Source of the DNA: Octopus vulgaris | Taxonomy: Eukaryota | Direction of reading: 5' to 3' | DNA length: 64,000 nucleotides | Assembly (NCBI GenBank): GCA_951406725.2 | Contig: OX597817.1 | Location: 119,288,001-119,352,000 of the forward strand | Shown here: piece by piece, positions 41,841-56,405 of the stretch | How the letters are laid out: every line of letters begins with the position of its first letter | Position numbering within the stretch: the stretch's first letter is position 1 | Program-made: the position numbers and the translations under genes | The notes under the pieces: model-generated | What the model was told of the DNA's origin: nothing | The model's input: only the letters and a program-made list of their open reading frames with translations | Databases searched by the model: none

Positions 41841-42170
41841 GAAAACTGAAAGAAGCCATCATGTATAAAAATATGTATATATTTATGTGTATGTGTGTCT
41901 GTGTCTATGCTTGTCCTCCCACAATTGCTTGACAACTGATATTGGTGTGTTTACATCCTTGTAACTTAGCAATTCGGTAAAAGAGACTGATAGTACTAGG
42001 CTTACAAAGAATAAGACCTGGGGTCAATTTCTTTGACTAAAATCCTTTAATGTGGTGTTCCAGCATGGCCACAGTCAAATGACTGAAAAAGGTGAAAGAA
42101 TATATAGAATAAAAGAATATATAGATAAAAGAATATATAGAATATATAGAATAAAAGAATATATAGATAA
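41841..42170 (+). mobile_element. Family A SINE, 5'-truncated, with amplified (AAAAGAATATATAGA) tail
   Basis: gaaaactgaaagaagcc...ccagcatggccacagtcaaatgactgaaa followed by tandem tail units. Confidence 0.8.
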
Positions 42171-42681
42171 GACACTAGATTACTGAATAACTAGTTAAGA
42201 GTTTGGTCATTTGTATCTCCTCATGAGGAATGCCTCACGTTGTGTCCAAGAAACTGAAAACTCTTAAGTGGAAGACTTGTAAGCAGCATGTGTACAAAAC
42301 AGACAGGTGTTTTATAACATTTCTATACAGAATTCAGATTCTGCCATATAAATAGCTCAGATTAATGAGTTTTCTCAAACTGACTTTTCAAGGTACATAT
42401 GCAACATGAAGATAAAGTTAGTGACTAAATAAATAATGAAACTCAACTTACAATGGTATTGTGTTTGCTACAGTCTACCTGACAGTCATCACCTACAATG
42501 CTTATTTGACAGTTTAGTAAGTTAGCAAGAGGAAAGACATAAATTCTTAAAATAGCAAATATGGTAATGCAGAAATTCTCACCACACAGTTACAAAATAA
42601 TATGTATATCATTTCCTTCAATAACATACTATTCAGGAAGAAATAGATGTAATAACATATAAATATAAATTTTTAAAAATT

Positions 42682-43065
42682 TGGCTGTGTGGTAAGTAGC
42701 TTGTTTACCAACCACATGGTTTCAGGTTCAGGCCCACTCTGTGGCACCTTAGGAAAGTGTCTTCTATAACCTTGGTCCAACCAAGCCTTGTGCGTGGATT
42801 TGGTAGACAGAAACTGAAAGAAGCCCATCGTATATATGTATGTATATATGTGTGTGTGTGTGTCTGCATTTGTCCCCTCAACATTGCTTGACAACCGATG
42901 CTGGTGTGTTTACATCCCTGTAACTTAGCGGTTCAGCAAAAGAGACCGATAGAATAAGTGCTAAGCTTACAAAGAAGAAGACCTAGGGTTGATTTGCTTG
43001 ACTAAAAGCAGTGCACCAGCATGGCTGTAGTCAAATGACTGAAACAAGTAAAAGAGTGAAAGAGA
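42682..43065 (+). mobile_element. Family A SINE, near full length
   Basis: tggctgtgtggtaagtagcttg...gtcaaatgactgaaacaagtaaaagag. Confidence 0.85.
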
Positions 43066-43507
43066 AAATCTCATGAAAAGAACAAATAAAGGAGAAAAAA
43101 AAAAGAAGAAAATATTAAATTATCTCCCTATATTTTAGTAGTTAGATTTTTTTTTTATAGGAAGAGATAAAACCAAATAATAGCTGCAATATCTTCTAGA
43201 TGAGAAAGGAGCCCATGAAATAAAATAAATGACTACATTATCTGCTTCTTAATTGTCTCGACTGTGTGTGTGTGTATGTGTGTGTGTGTATTTGTGTGTG
43301 TGTGTGTGTGTGTGTGTACGTGTGTGTGTGTCCATCCATGTGGGCAGTTTTTACAGATATTGAGATAAGGCAACACTACAGAAATACATTTGCTTTTTAT
43401 TTCAATTTATCTTCCATTTATTCTTTTAAACAATGGTTTGATAGTTATGTAACTACGGAGAGAATAGTTTTGGAAAATTTAGTTTACGTCCTAGATTTAT
43501 TTTCAAA

Positions 43508-43542
<35 letters not shown>

Positions 43543-43619
43543 ATAGTCATTTAAATTTTATACAGTTATTCATGTCAGCACAAGTGTGACAATGTTATTT
43601 ATTCTTTTCTTTTATTTTT

Positions 43620-43752
43620 TTTATTTGTTTCAGTCATTTGACTGTGGCCACGCTAGAGCACCGCCTTTAGTCGAGCAAATCGACCCCAGGACTTATTCTT
43701 TGTATGCCTAGTACTTATTCTATCGGTCTCTTTTGCCGAACTGCTAAGTTAC
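43620..43752 (-). mobile_element. Family A SINE 3' fragment
   Basis: ttgtttcagtcatttgactgtggcca...ttttgccgaactgctaagttac. Confidence 0.8.
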
Positions 43753-44206
43753 TGTGTGAGTTCTCTTTGTTAATGTTTTCACTATGTATATACATGTATG
43801 TAGCTATGCATGGATGGATGTGGATGCATTTATATGTTCATGTGTGTCAGTGCATGTATGTATGTACTCTTTACATACATATATCAGTTGTTTGTTCTGA
43901 AGATGTACTTATCAGAAAAGAGAGCAATCATTTGGAAGTTCATGAATGTATATTCAATGCACACCAGGAAGTTTCCTTCCATTAAAAATTGTAGACGACA
44001 CATTGATTGCCCATCTATGAACACTGATGAAGCAGCTAAACTTTGAATTTGTTCAGTAAACTGCAATGGAGTGTTGGAATCTAAAGGTATATAATAGACC
44101 CCTTAGATTCCTTTGAATTTAATCTTAAAAATATATGAATGTAAAAAATATGTGTATTCGTTGTTTCCTCAAAATATTATATACCCTCATTGATTATATT
44201 ATATAT

Positions 44207-44428
44207 TCCAGTTGCCAGTGCTGCCTGACTGGCCCCTGTGCTGGTGGCACGTAAAAAGCACCCACTACACTGTCGGAGTGGTTGGCGTTAGGAAGGGCAT
44301 CCAGCTGTAGAAACACTGCCAGATCAAGATTGGAGACTAGTGCAGCCATCTGGCTCGCCAGCCCTCAGTCAAAATCGTCCAACCCATGCTAGCATGGAAA
44401 GTGGCCGTTAAACGATGATGATGATGAT
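44207..44428 (+). mobile_element. Family B (RTE-like 3' end)
   Basis: One tandem unit plus the same body; ends catgctagcatggaaagtggccgttaaacg(atg)n. Confidence 0.8.
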
Positions 44429-45260
44429 TCTCATTCATAAAATTATTTCTTTGTTCCAAGTTTCAGATCTTCTTTGACTTTACTGAACTTGCTTTTTACT
44501 CTTTTGGATTCAAGAAAATAAAAAATTTAGTACCAATAATATTTTACTATATATTCAATTAACTATACATTCTCCTACCAAAATGATAATTTTTGTCTGT
44601 ATCTAAGCAAAATATACCATTAGTATATACTTCAAATATTATTGTGAGTAGTTGCTCTTGATATATTACGTTATTCAAAGTAGATGAGTTGGTGAGTATG
44701 TTTTACTTTCAGTTAATACCTGAAGTCATTAGCTGTTGATTTATGAGATATTATCAATTTATTCTTTATGCTTTAGACAGTATCATTAAAATTTAGTGCT
44801 AATATTTTTGCAAATGGACAAGGCTTAATTTTCTATTACTATGGAGACTTGATAATATTCTCTCTATTTTAAAATATTTCCATTGTAATCAACTCATTAT
44901 CATCATCAATGACAATATTCACTTTGCTATACTCAATTTCTTAATTGTTATTCACTGATAGGTATTATGGATGAGGCTGGAATAAAAGTTTCAAGTCTGG
45001 AGGCTGCACAATACCATTACTAATTTTAAGTAATGAAAGAACACTGGCAGCAAATGTATTGTAACTCTAAGGCTTCACTCATTTGTTTTGGACTCTGACA
45101 ATCTTTCTGGAATTCATGTACAATATAATAGTATGTAGTTGGAAACTTTCATACAAATGGTCTACATATAGTACTATAATCTAAGATGAATATATATGTG
45201 TATATATATATATATATGTATACACACACACATATGTGCATGTGCACACACACACACAAA

Positions 45261-45656
45261 TGCAGGTGTGTTGCATGGCTAAGAAGCTTGCTTTCCAACT
45301 ATGTAATGCCATATGTCAACTGCATTGGGTGTGTCTTCTCCTATGTCCAACATTATATCCAGCACTAACCAAAGCCTTGTGATTTGGACAGTGCTGGATT
45401 TGGTAGATGGAACCTGTAAAAAACTCGCCATCATTCACGTGTGTGAGTGTGTGTACCCTTATATTTAAATTAATATCATGCAAGCAATGTTGTTCATTTC
45501 CAGCCTTCCATAAAAATATGTCTGGGAATGGAAGGTATTACTTTACTTGGAAACAAGCAAGAGTTGGTTATAAGAAGGGCATCTGGCCATAAAAAAGCTA
45601 CTCAGTAAATTTCATCAAACTCATGCAAACATGGAAAAGTGGACATTAGATGATGA
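45261..45656 (+). mobile_element. Old tRNA/CORE SINE with RTE-like tail (family A2)
   Basis: Head tgcaggtgtg...aagaagcttgctttccaac...aagccttgtga. Tail aagaagggcatctggcc...catgcaaacatggaaaagtggacattagatgatga. Confidence 0.65.
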
Positions 45657-46693
45657 CCACACACACACACACACACATTTATGTTTAAAATGCCAGTGTA
45701 GAAACATCAGGATATATGTAAACAAGTTTATTGATGATGTACCAAGAAGTGATTTCAGCTTAAATACATTCAGTTAAAAAAAAAAGGTCAAAAAACTGCT
45801 TTAAGGTCTTGAACCAAGCATCTTCAGTAACTTAAATGGAAAAGCTACTAGTTTTTCTAAAGCATACTTTCATTTTTCTACCACCATATTCACTGTTTTA
45901 ACCTTACCATTGAGCAAGTTTGTTTACATTTAGGATGCAAGGGGGCGGATGCATCAAGAAATATGTAAATAAGTCTTTATTAACCATGTGCCTCAAAGTG
46001 AATTCAGAAATAAATAACAGATCATAATTAATTGGATAGAAAAAAAAAAGAAAGAAAGCTACCTGTAATACTTGAACTATACAACTTCTGCCAACCATAC
46101 ACATCTATTACTAACTGCACAAAAGTAGCCTCCTGTCTGGGCTACAGAACATGCCTAGTTCAAGTCACCAATAGCTTTACACTTATCTCTATTGTAAGGC
46201 TTAGGTAAATACACAGACACACACACATACACACAGATATATAAGTATACACACACACATACACATACCACACAAACACATGTATACATGCATACTATAT
46301 GCATAACTTGATAAATCTTTACAATGTGTGTAAGATTTTGCAGAAGCTCTGGTTAAGTATATCAATATGTATTCAATTTATACTATTTACCTCTACCCTT
46401 TCTTCACAAACAACTATTTCACATCATTTACATTTAACAACAAAATTCACTCCTATCTGACAAAATGAAAGAAATATGTCAGGAGATCCCCTCTTTTCAA
46501 CCACAATAGATGCATATGGCTGCACCAATCATTCTGTTCAGAACAATGTTAGCTTATAACTCTTAAGTCTTACCCTATGACAGTAGATTGTTTAGTATTT
46601 CAATAAAAATGAATGTATAGTATATAACATGATTTCTTAGTTTCTTCATATAAGCTTTTATAATATATCCACCTGTTTGTATATATATATATA

Positions 46694-47030
46694 CATCATC
46701 ATCACCATAGTTTAACGTCCGCTTTCCATGCTAGCATAGGTTGAACGGTTCAGCTGGGGTCTGGGAAGCCAGGAGGCTGCACCAGGCCCAATCTGATCTG
46801 GCAGTGTTTCTACAGCTGGAAGCCCTTCCTAATGCCAACCACTCCATGTGTGTAGTGAGTGCTTTTTATGTGCCAGGTAAGGCTGGCAATGGCCACAATT
46901 GGATGGTGCTTTTTACGTGCCACCGGCATGGAGGCCAGTTGGAGCAGTGCAGGAAACAGCCACATTCGGATGGTTCTCTTACATGCCACCGGCACTGGTA
47001 TCACAACTACAATTTCCATTGATTTTCCAT
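46694..47030 (-). mobile_element. Family B (RTE-like 3' end)
   Basis: catcatc...tttaacgtccgctttccatgctagca...ggtgctttttacgtgccaccggca. Confidence 0.8.

Positions 47031-47032
<2 letters not shown>

Positions 47033-47104
<72 letters not shown>
47033..47104. repeat. Pure (TA)n
   Basis: Directly visible. Confidence 0.97.
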
Positions 47105-47106
<2 letters not shown>

Positions 47107-49179
47107 ACACGTGTGTGGTTTCATAACCAACTTCTCTAAGCGTCAAACAAAGTCATCCCTGAGTAAATCAATACTTAATATTCACATAATACAACTTTCA
47201 TCTGTGACAGATTTATTATAACAAGGTAGCAAATTGATAGAACAATATAGGGAAAAAAATCATACTTTCAACAACAACGAAAATAGATTTCTATAAATGA
47301 GGAAAAAAAATCCTATAATCTGCAAAAAATCATCTGTGTAAACTAAATTAGTACAATCAGTAATTGCATCTTTAATCCTTTAACTGCAAAATTAAATTTC
47401 ATGGTTATTGCAGTAAAGTTGTTAAGTATTTAATAAGAAAAATAGAAATGGTATTTGCTGCAAGTCAAGTTGCTTTAATAAACTTGACATACCTCAAGCA
47501 GAAAAAAGTGGTTTCAAACATGACATTCTCTACAAAAGATAGATTTCTCCAGGTAAGGGCAATGAAATTTTGAGATGACATATCTAATTTCTACATTAAA
47601 AAGTTTAAAAACTACAAATTTCATCAAATGTTCAACAGCAACACAAAAAAGTGAGAGTCTTCTAAATCCTAAACTGTTCCATGATGTTAGAAAAAGAAAA
47701 CCATAATGCTAACCGCACTAGTCATGGGACCTATGTTCACAGCACTAGCCTTCTTTTTTTTTGTTTTGTTTTTCTACTGATGAAAACTCTATATTTTTGA
47801 GAAGTATAAGCTGTGTCAAACATAGTTATGTATCAAAATCTCCACTATTAAACACACACACACACACTGCTATTTGTGGTGTGTGCATAACTTCTTCCTA
47901 ACTTCAGTTTCTCACTAGTGTCATCTTTTCTTGTTCAATAATGATAAACAGCACTAAAACAAAATTGGTTCTTTGACGTAAAACAGTTTGCTTTGTGAAG
48001 AGAATACTTTGACTAACTGCTGATAAACATGGAAACTAAAATATTTCCACTTGTGTAAACTGTTAAGTGCTTTAGCCTTCATGGTGTAAAAACTTTATTT
48101 AGCATGTTTACTTTATTGTGTGCCTTTGTTCTCAGATTATTTATTGTTTCCACTATGTCAATATACATAACAGCACTGAAATAATACCGACTCACCACCT
48201 ACAAACAGATGTCAAACATATGAAACTATACTTGCAGTAGATCACGTGTAATAAATGTATGACAACTCATCACACACACAGAGAAAAAAAATGGGTTCTG
48301 AAGCTATCCACAACTGAACACTGAAACATATGTCTTTTAGGAGTTTGCAGTCACCATTGACTATGACAAGTGATGCAACCAAAGCTGATATAGCAAATAA
48401 AAAAAATAGTAATAGAAAAGAGAAAAGAATTAAAATTATCTCATAAACTTTTGGGATTTCTTACATACAGCAGAGGTTACTTTAACATTTTATCACTCAT
48501 TGCCATGGAACGTTCAGCATTTTTAGGGTTTAATATATTATAAACAAGTAGGGAAATGACAATGTGACTTCTGATTGTTTAGAACGGTTCATGTTGATAA
48601 AACTTAAACTAAGCACCTACACTTTCAATGTGTCATGCAGAAAGGATCTATGAGGCATGTGTAACGTGTATATAAATTTATATGAGCTGTCACCATCCAG
48701 GCAAACATTTTATACAGGAAAGAATCAAACTAAACTCTGAATTTACATTATATTGCGTATAGACATATGTACACACATACATGTAGGTTGTTTTGTCAAG
48801 AGAATATGGCATATATAAATAATTTAAAACCTTAGACATATATTGAAGTAAACATGCTAAATATGGTTTTTACACTATGAAGACAGACATAATTTACACA
48901 AGCAAAGATATTTGAGTTTCCATGTTCACTGGGAGTTAGTCAAAATAATCTCTATACAGAATAAATAATTTCAGTGATGTTTAACATCACTGAACAGGCA
49001 AAAAAAATTAGATTGTTGACAAACTGAGGGTGCAGAAAAGGTATACAAACACAAACACACATGTGTGTGGATGCATATTTGTGTTCATAAAAGCGTAATA
49101 CTGGAGTTTTTAATAAATACTTATAATTCTCACAACTTATGCTGCTCCAGAAAAAAGCTAATAGGCAACTAGATATAGG

Positions 49180-49645
49180 CACATGTATTGCTCTGAAGTT
49201 AAATTTGCTTCACAACATGGTTTGGAATTCCACTGTGGAACACCTTGGGCAAGTGACTTCTGCTACAGCCTTCGGCTTACCAATGCTTTGTGAGTGAATT
49301 TGACAGATGAAAACTGCGTGACTGTATGGTTAAGAATATGAGCAGGTATAGCTATGTGGTTAAGAAGTTTGCTTCATAACCATGTGGTTTCAAGTTCAAT
49401 CAAACAACATGGCACCTTCAGCAAGTGTCTGCACAATGTCTCTGCTTCAACAATGCCTTGAGAGTGAAATTTGGTATACAGAAATTGTACAGAAATATTT
49501 CATATGCACAAGAAAGGCACACAGCACACATATACAAACACAAGTAAGGGTCAGTGTCAAGAATAAGAATCTGGCAGAAGAATACTGCCTCAAGAAATCG
49601 TATCTATCTTCTGTCAGCATGAAAAAGCAGATGTAAAAATGATGA
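49180..49645 (+). mobile_element. Two adjacent degenerate tRNA/CORE SINE heads, the second with RTE-like tail
   Basis: caccttgggcaagtgacttctgctacagcc at about 49241; gcaggtatagctatgtggttaagaagtttgcttc at about 49342; tail cagcatgaaaaagcagatgtaaaaatgatgac. Confidence 0.55.
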
Positions 49646-51184
49646 CAGTATATATTCAATTATGCTTACACATCTCAAATATATATGTGTATTTACATGT
49701 GTGGTAGCAGTTGATAAGTATGCACATGTGTGTATATACATATATGTTTATGTGTAACATTTCTTTACACCCTCTAAATTCTCTCTAAATAAACAGCAAA
49801 TAAGGAGAGAGGACATGAAGAAAAAAGATGGATAAGGCAAATGTTCAGGACAAAAATTATTCAAAAAATCATTAAGAGGAAATGGAGATGAAGAAAGTCT
49901 TAGATATGAAGTATATGTAAGACATATTTTTAGTATTAACTGATATAGTAAAAAATTTCAAGAGTGCCATAATTATGAAATATGAAGAAGAGAGCTATAT
50001 TGATTAAGTCAATCTCTATTGCACTAAGTTTTTAATAGTTAATTTAACACAAATGATAAAACTTTCCCTTATTCTGATTTAAGAGGAACAGTCTTTTAGT
50101 AATTTGTGCCAAAGCAAATGGAAACTTAGTAAAGTGTACTTCAGTTAATGAGTTCTCAAAATGGTTACAGATTAGTATTCTCATCAATAGTCTTTTCTTA
50201 TCTGTGGCACATCTGATTTCAATCACAGCCTGGAAGCCTGCAGCCAACTGAGATTCAATCTTCAGTTTTATTGCTAACATTTATTTATAGCCAGAATTTA
50301 TTTACATGCATGCCATTGTTCCATTCTAATAGGTCTCTAAAAAGGGAGAAAATATGCTTATTTCTTTAATAGCACTATCTGACAGTGTTGAGAATAATTG
50401 TTGTAGACAATGAACATGGTAACAAGTGAAATAGTCATTTCTCGATCGCTTTTCTTAATGTATAATCAATGAGGTTTGCCAAGGTTTATATTTCTATAGT
50501 TGAGGAAATAGACTACTGAAACAACAAATATGAGTTCAAACATTGCTGGAGGTATTGAGCTTTAATACAGATATCACTCTGTTTCAGTTATTATTGATGG
50601 ATATATATATATATATATATGTGTGTGTGCATGTATACATAAACTCTGAGTACTATAACAACCTTTTACTGATTGTTCTAAATTATAACACACACACACA
50701 TATGTATATATATGTATATATGTATATATATGCATGTATATATATGTATATACATATACATACATATTGATGGAAATGATGGAAATGAACAAATGGAAAA
50801 GTACTCAATACCAATAGTAGAGTTTCAATTATTAATTTTATAAGTTCAATCAAAATATGCCGCTTCTTAAGATTAACAGCTAAAACAAATACACAGAATA
50901 CATTCATTTTTGCAAACTGAAGGAAAACCAAAAAATTTTCTGCGAGCAGCAAACCTTAGTTATCAGCAAATTCTGATTGACCTAACTCCCACATACACAC
51001 ACACACTTATATACAAATATAAAATATATATATTATGTATGTATGTATTTGTTTTCATTTCTGTTTGCTTTCTTGTGAAAGTATGGCTTACATGAATATA
51101 TTTTTAAGGCATTGTTTTACTGCCAGATGCCCTTCTTGTCACTAAGCTTTATATGTTTGTCAAATAAGGAATTTCTTATTACAC

Positions 51185-51560
51185 TCATTCTTTTGGGGCT
51201 ATAGCCCATTCATGTAAAGAGGTATTGTTTACAGAGATATACCCAGATGTAGGTGGTTTATCTGGAATTGGCTGGAGATATTCTTTCAGAAACCATTTTA
51301 AGGTTATGAAATTTTTTTCTTCCATTATGTTTTGGTATGATGTTAAAGAGAGCAGGGCAAATTGAGATGAAACAGTTCTGTTTTAGTGTTGTGATGCAAG
51401 CATGATTTTAGTAGAGGATGTATGGCATAGGAGCAAATCTTGGGTGAATTCTAAAGTTGATATACAAATGATATAGCGTTCATGGTGGCATTAGAGGGAA
51501 TAAAGTTTGAGCATCTTGAGCCAATCCCAATAACCAAGACTTATCATCCAATCCTTTCCT
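51185..51560 (-). mobile_element. Decayed CR1/L2-group LINE, C-terminal end of ORF2
   Basis: Minus-strand pieces LGYWDWLKMLKLYSL*CHHERYIICI, INFRIHPRF, TTLKQNCFISICPALFNIIPK and LKEYLQPIPDKPPTSGY resemble the YxxRLxxLxLYSLxRRRERY...PxLFN...IPDxP C-terminus. Confidence 0.7.
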
Positions 51561-51649
51561 TTTTGTGTGTGTATGATTGATATCTGATATGCTTCTATTT
51601 TCATATTTGGTTTTGTGTAGAAGGACCACAAAAGACAACAGTGTGTGTG

Positions 51650-51917
51650 TCATCATCATCATTATCATCATCATCGTTTAAAGTTTACTTTCCATGCTGA
51701 TATGGGTTGGACGGTTTGACTGCGGGCTGGTAAGCCAGGACGCTACACAAGGCCCCAATCTGTTCTGGTAAGGTTTCTACAGCTGCATGTCCTCCTTAAT
51801 GCCAACCACCCCAAGAGTGCATTGGGTGCTTTTTTATGTGCCACTGGCACTAGGGCCAGTCAGGTGGCACTGGCATCAACCATGCTTGAATGGTGCTTTT
51901 TACATGCCACTGGCACA
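51650..51917 (-). mobile_element. Family B (RTE-like 3' end)
   Basis: (cat)n cgtttaaagtttactttccatgctg...ggtgctttttacatgccactggcac. Confidence 0.8.
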
Positions 51918-51945
51918 TGTATATATATATATATATATATATATA

Positions 51946-52170
51946 CCGGAGTAAACGCATAAATGTGAAACAAGGTGGAAAAAAGAGTACTCAAATACCA
52001 GGGGTAGAGTAATATGCTTTATTTAAAAGCAGCAGAAATTCAACAAAACCTGTTTCTCTGAGTTTCCTGTTTCTGTTCGTCGGTTCTATTTTAACAAAAA
52101 CAGTCCGATGAACGGGAATGTGAAACTGAGTAACAGGTTTGGTTGAATTTCTGCTGCTTTTAAATAAAGT
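51946..52170. mobile_element. Penelope-like inverted terminal-repeat fragment (family P2) in (TA)n
   Basis: Imperfect inverted arms of about 65 bp at 52017-52083 and 52105-52169 (ctttatttaaaagcagcagaaattcaac... / ...gttgaatttctgctgcttttaaataaag). (TA)n on both sides. Confidence 0.7.
52101..52136 (+). ncRNA. Minimal hammerhead-like motif with CCGANGA core
   Basis: cagt-CCGATGA-ACG ggaa TGT-GAAA-CTGAG-TA-acag, with a GUA triplet. A decayed mirror copy lies on the minus strand at about 52049-52083 (CCGACGA acagaaacag GAAACTCAGAGAAACAGG). Confidence 0.45.
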
Positions 52171-55099
52171 ATATATATATATATATATACACACACATGC
52201 ACATACACACTCACACCATTTCCAACTTTTCCAGTAGCTGGTTTGTTAGTAATTAATTCAAGAATTGATTACCGAAACATTAAACCAACGCAAGTAAATA
52301 AAAATAGAATGGTTAAAAGATATACAGTAACAACTATTTGCAGGTGGTTCAGATGCTTATTAACTGTGAAGCCAGTACTTCATCATAGTCTTCACAATTT
52401 CCCATATCAATGATCAATGAGAAAATAAGTTTCATATTATATAACTCTGCCTTACAATATGATTTTAGGAATATAATGTTATTGTAACACAGAGTATTAT
52501 TTTACCAGCAAATTGATGCATCATTTGAAAACCAATGTATTACGAAAAAATAAATCATTCTTTTAAATTCCATAGTTGAATTTTGGTTATGTTGGTTTGA
52601 ATAATTCTCTATTCAAACTGTTTTAATGTAGATGTTTTATGGCTGGTTATCTTTTCTAACACTTAAAATCCTTCATGAAATAGAACTTCATCTTACTTAT
52701 CAGTTAGATATACTCAGAAAAGTAATGTGTTTTCAATGGGTTTTATATGAAGTACTATCGCACTTTTGCATCTTATAAAATAGAATTTTCAGACGATGAA
52801 TATATTTTTAAAGGTTTTTATATGAAATCCTAATGCACTCCTATATATTACAAAATACTGTTTTGGGAATAATAAAAAAACATCCCTCGAGGGGGTATCT
52901 CATATACAGTATATGTTGCTGTTTTAGGTCAGCCTAGGTCAGCACGGATTCAGCAGACCTTATTATCAAAGCATTCAAGCCAAGAGCATCATGTTCTTTT
53001 AGGAATATCTTAAACAATATTATGCAATATAAACTTCCTTATGTAAATGAACATAAATATGTATTTTGGAGATAAATATGAAATAAAAAGGATCATATAT
53101 GTAATAAAAAATATAATTGTTCAAAGAATTCTCAACAGGATTTGTATATTATTTTGCAATAGAAAGAAATGGAAAACTATAACTCTATAATAATAGTTGC
53201 TATTGAGAGCAATTTTATTATACATTTATTACTTATAGTTCAGTGAATTTAATAAGCATTTATAAACTTAAACAATTCTGCAACTATACTATGCTTAATA
53301 GCGAATTCTATTTCAATTTATCTTGTTTTACCTCCACAGCTATATAAAACCTCAGCATGCTGTTACCAGAGTGTTTATGCTGGTAGTAAGAAGCCTACCT
53401 GTTTATACTGATCAATTGTTGGTTGGAAGGGGTGCTTGTGTGGTTAATGATTAACCTTGGCTATCAGCACCTAACCAGGATTTGACCACAGAATGCAAAC
53501 ACCCAAAACAGACACCACAAACTATTTTGTATAATGACCTAAAAATTCTGTCTAACTTCAAACTTTGGCTAGTATTTAATTTTCTTCTCACCAAAAGAAT
53601 GAAAGACAAAGTTAACATCAACAGGATTTGAATTCAGAGAGCAGAAATCCCAAACAAATATTTCAAGGAATTTTACTTGATGCTCTGATAACTCTGCCAG
53701 CTGATCGACTTATAAATCACATATACTATGTTACATTTAGTGGACAACATCTGAATTTTCACAATAGCTTTCACTGCCACCCCTCTTTGATTATTTTATT
53801 TTGAAGGAATATATTCATTGTTCCCCCAACACACACTTTGCTTTATTCTGTTCTGAAGGCAGGAAGATATTTATCAAATAAATGCCTATGATATATGTTA
53901 GACCAATAAGTATCTATTTGTCAGGCAAAAGTGATCACACATACACACATGAAAAAAAAAGAAGAAATAATAGTAATTTCAATTGTATAGCAGTCAAAGG
54001 ATGCTTTAACAATGTCATGTGATGCTATAAGCAATAGTTGTTTTTCACACTGTTACCATGAAACTTACTATCTTCAAAGACCTTGGTGAAGTTCAGCTAT
54101 ATCAAGTTTGAGACATCGGTTAAAACAGCAAAGATATAATAAACACAAGTAATACATTATAACAAACACAAGTACAAACAATACAACGAACACAAGTACA
54201 ATGCCATAACAAATACAAGTACACAACACCATAACAAGAACAACAAGATATAACACCAATAATCAGTTTTATCTCTTTTCCTTCATTATTTATTGTTCAA
54301 ACACAAACACAGAAAAGAAGTTACTTTCTTCATTAAAATTTCTATATGTTAATCTATACATTGACATTTCATTTTTTTTTCCTTTTTCATTAATAGCATT
54401 TTTCAAATGATGATTCTTTATTCAATGATTAGGTTATCAAGGAAAAAAGAATCTTTGTCCAAAATGTAAAAAAAAAAGTAAACAATTGAAAAAATATCGA
54501 TGACTTTGTTGTTGAAAACGATCAATGATTTTCTGTTTTTTTTTTTGTTTTTTGTTCATTCATGATTAAGTTTTTCTTTTTTATAATATTTAATTTCTTT
54601 GAATTTCCTTTATCAAAAAAGTTTAAAACATTAACACAAAACAAAAGAATATTTCATCTAAAACTGACCACTCAGTTGTAATATGTGAAAATTAAATTCA
54701 ATCTAACATTGTTAAAACTCAAGGAAAATAATGTTGAAACATGAGAAAAAAAAAGAGCTAAACCTACTTTTTTTTAAAAGTTAAAACTCAATGTGTGTGT
54801 GTGTGAGTCTGTGTGCGTGTGCATAAGTGATTGCTTTTGTAACTGTGAGATCAGGCAAGTTTCATCTAAGGCAAGACTTTTTAATATCTGATATATTTAT
54901 TATTGTTACATTTTGCACTATTTTATCTATCCTTTTTATATATTCATTCAAAATATCATGATACATCTTTCCTTCAGATATTTAGTACTGATGCAATGGT
55001 AACATTCAATATTTTCTTATTAACATTACATATGCATATATACAGAATATTGGCTATGCATGTTAATAACAAAATGAAGTATCTGTACACACACACGTG

Positions 55100-55996
<897 letters not shown>

Positions 55997-56066
55997 CGAT
56001 TATATATTTATTGTGCAAGATTTTTTATTGGCTAAACTGGCAAAATGACCATTCCGAAATATAACA

Positions 56067-56112
<46 letters not shown>

Positions 56113-56114
<2 letters not shown>

Positions 56115-56405
56115 CAACAATTGAGGGTAAAATTAATTAATTATTAATTAATTTCACCAAGTGTTCAGTATGCAAAGGGACCATTTAAGGTGAATTCAAA
56201 TTATTACAATATATAAAAGGGCTTAGTAAAATAAATTACTTTGTCTTTACCCCCAAACTTTCGTGGGTTGAGTTGACCAAACACTATACGAGAGAGATTT
56301 TCTTTAAGTATTAGAAATGGTTTTTAAAAAAGTTTTTTAGCTGCTATTTCTAATGAGTTCAGTATGCGGCAAAGTAATTTATTTTACTAAGCCCTTTTAT
56401 ATATT
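56113..56405. mobile_element. Inverted-repeat element (family P3, Penelope-terminal-repeat-like or MITE) in (TA)n
   Basis: Perfect 36-bp inverted arms at 56208-56243 and 56370-56405. gttcagtatgc occurs twice. Flanked by (TA)n. Confidence 0.55.

Noticed and set aside
42215-42260. CTCATGA-GGA...TCC-aa-GAAAC, a hammerhead-like remnant
   Set aside because: Core G5 is missing, there are extra bases before GAAA, and there is no UH or stem I. Too decayed to support.
50044-50280. 78-aa non-repetitive ORF
   Set aside because: No recognisable motif or splice structure, and the length is within chance expectation.
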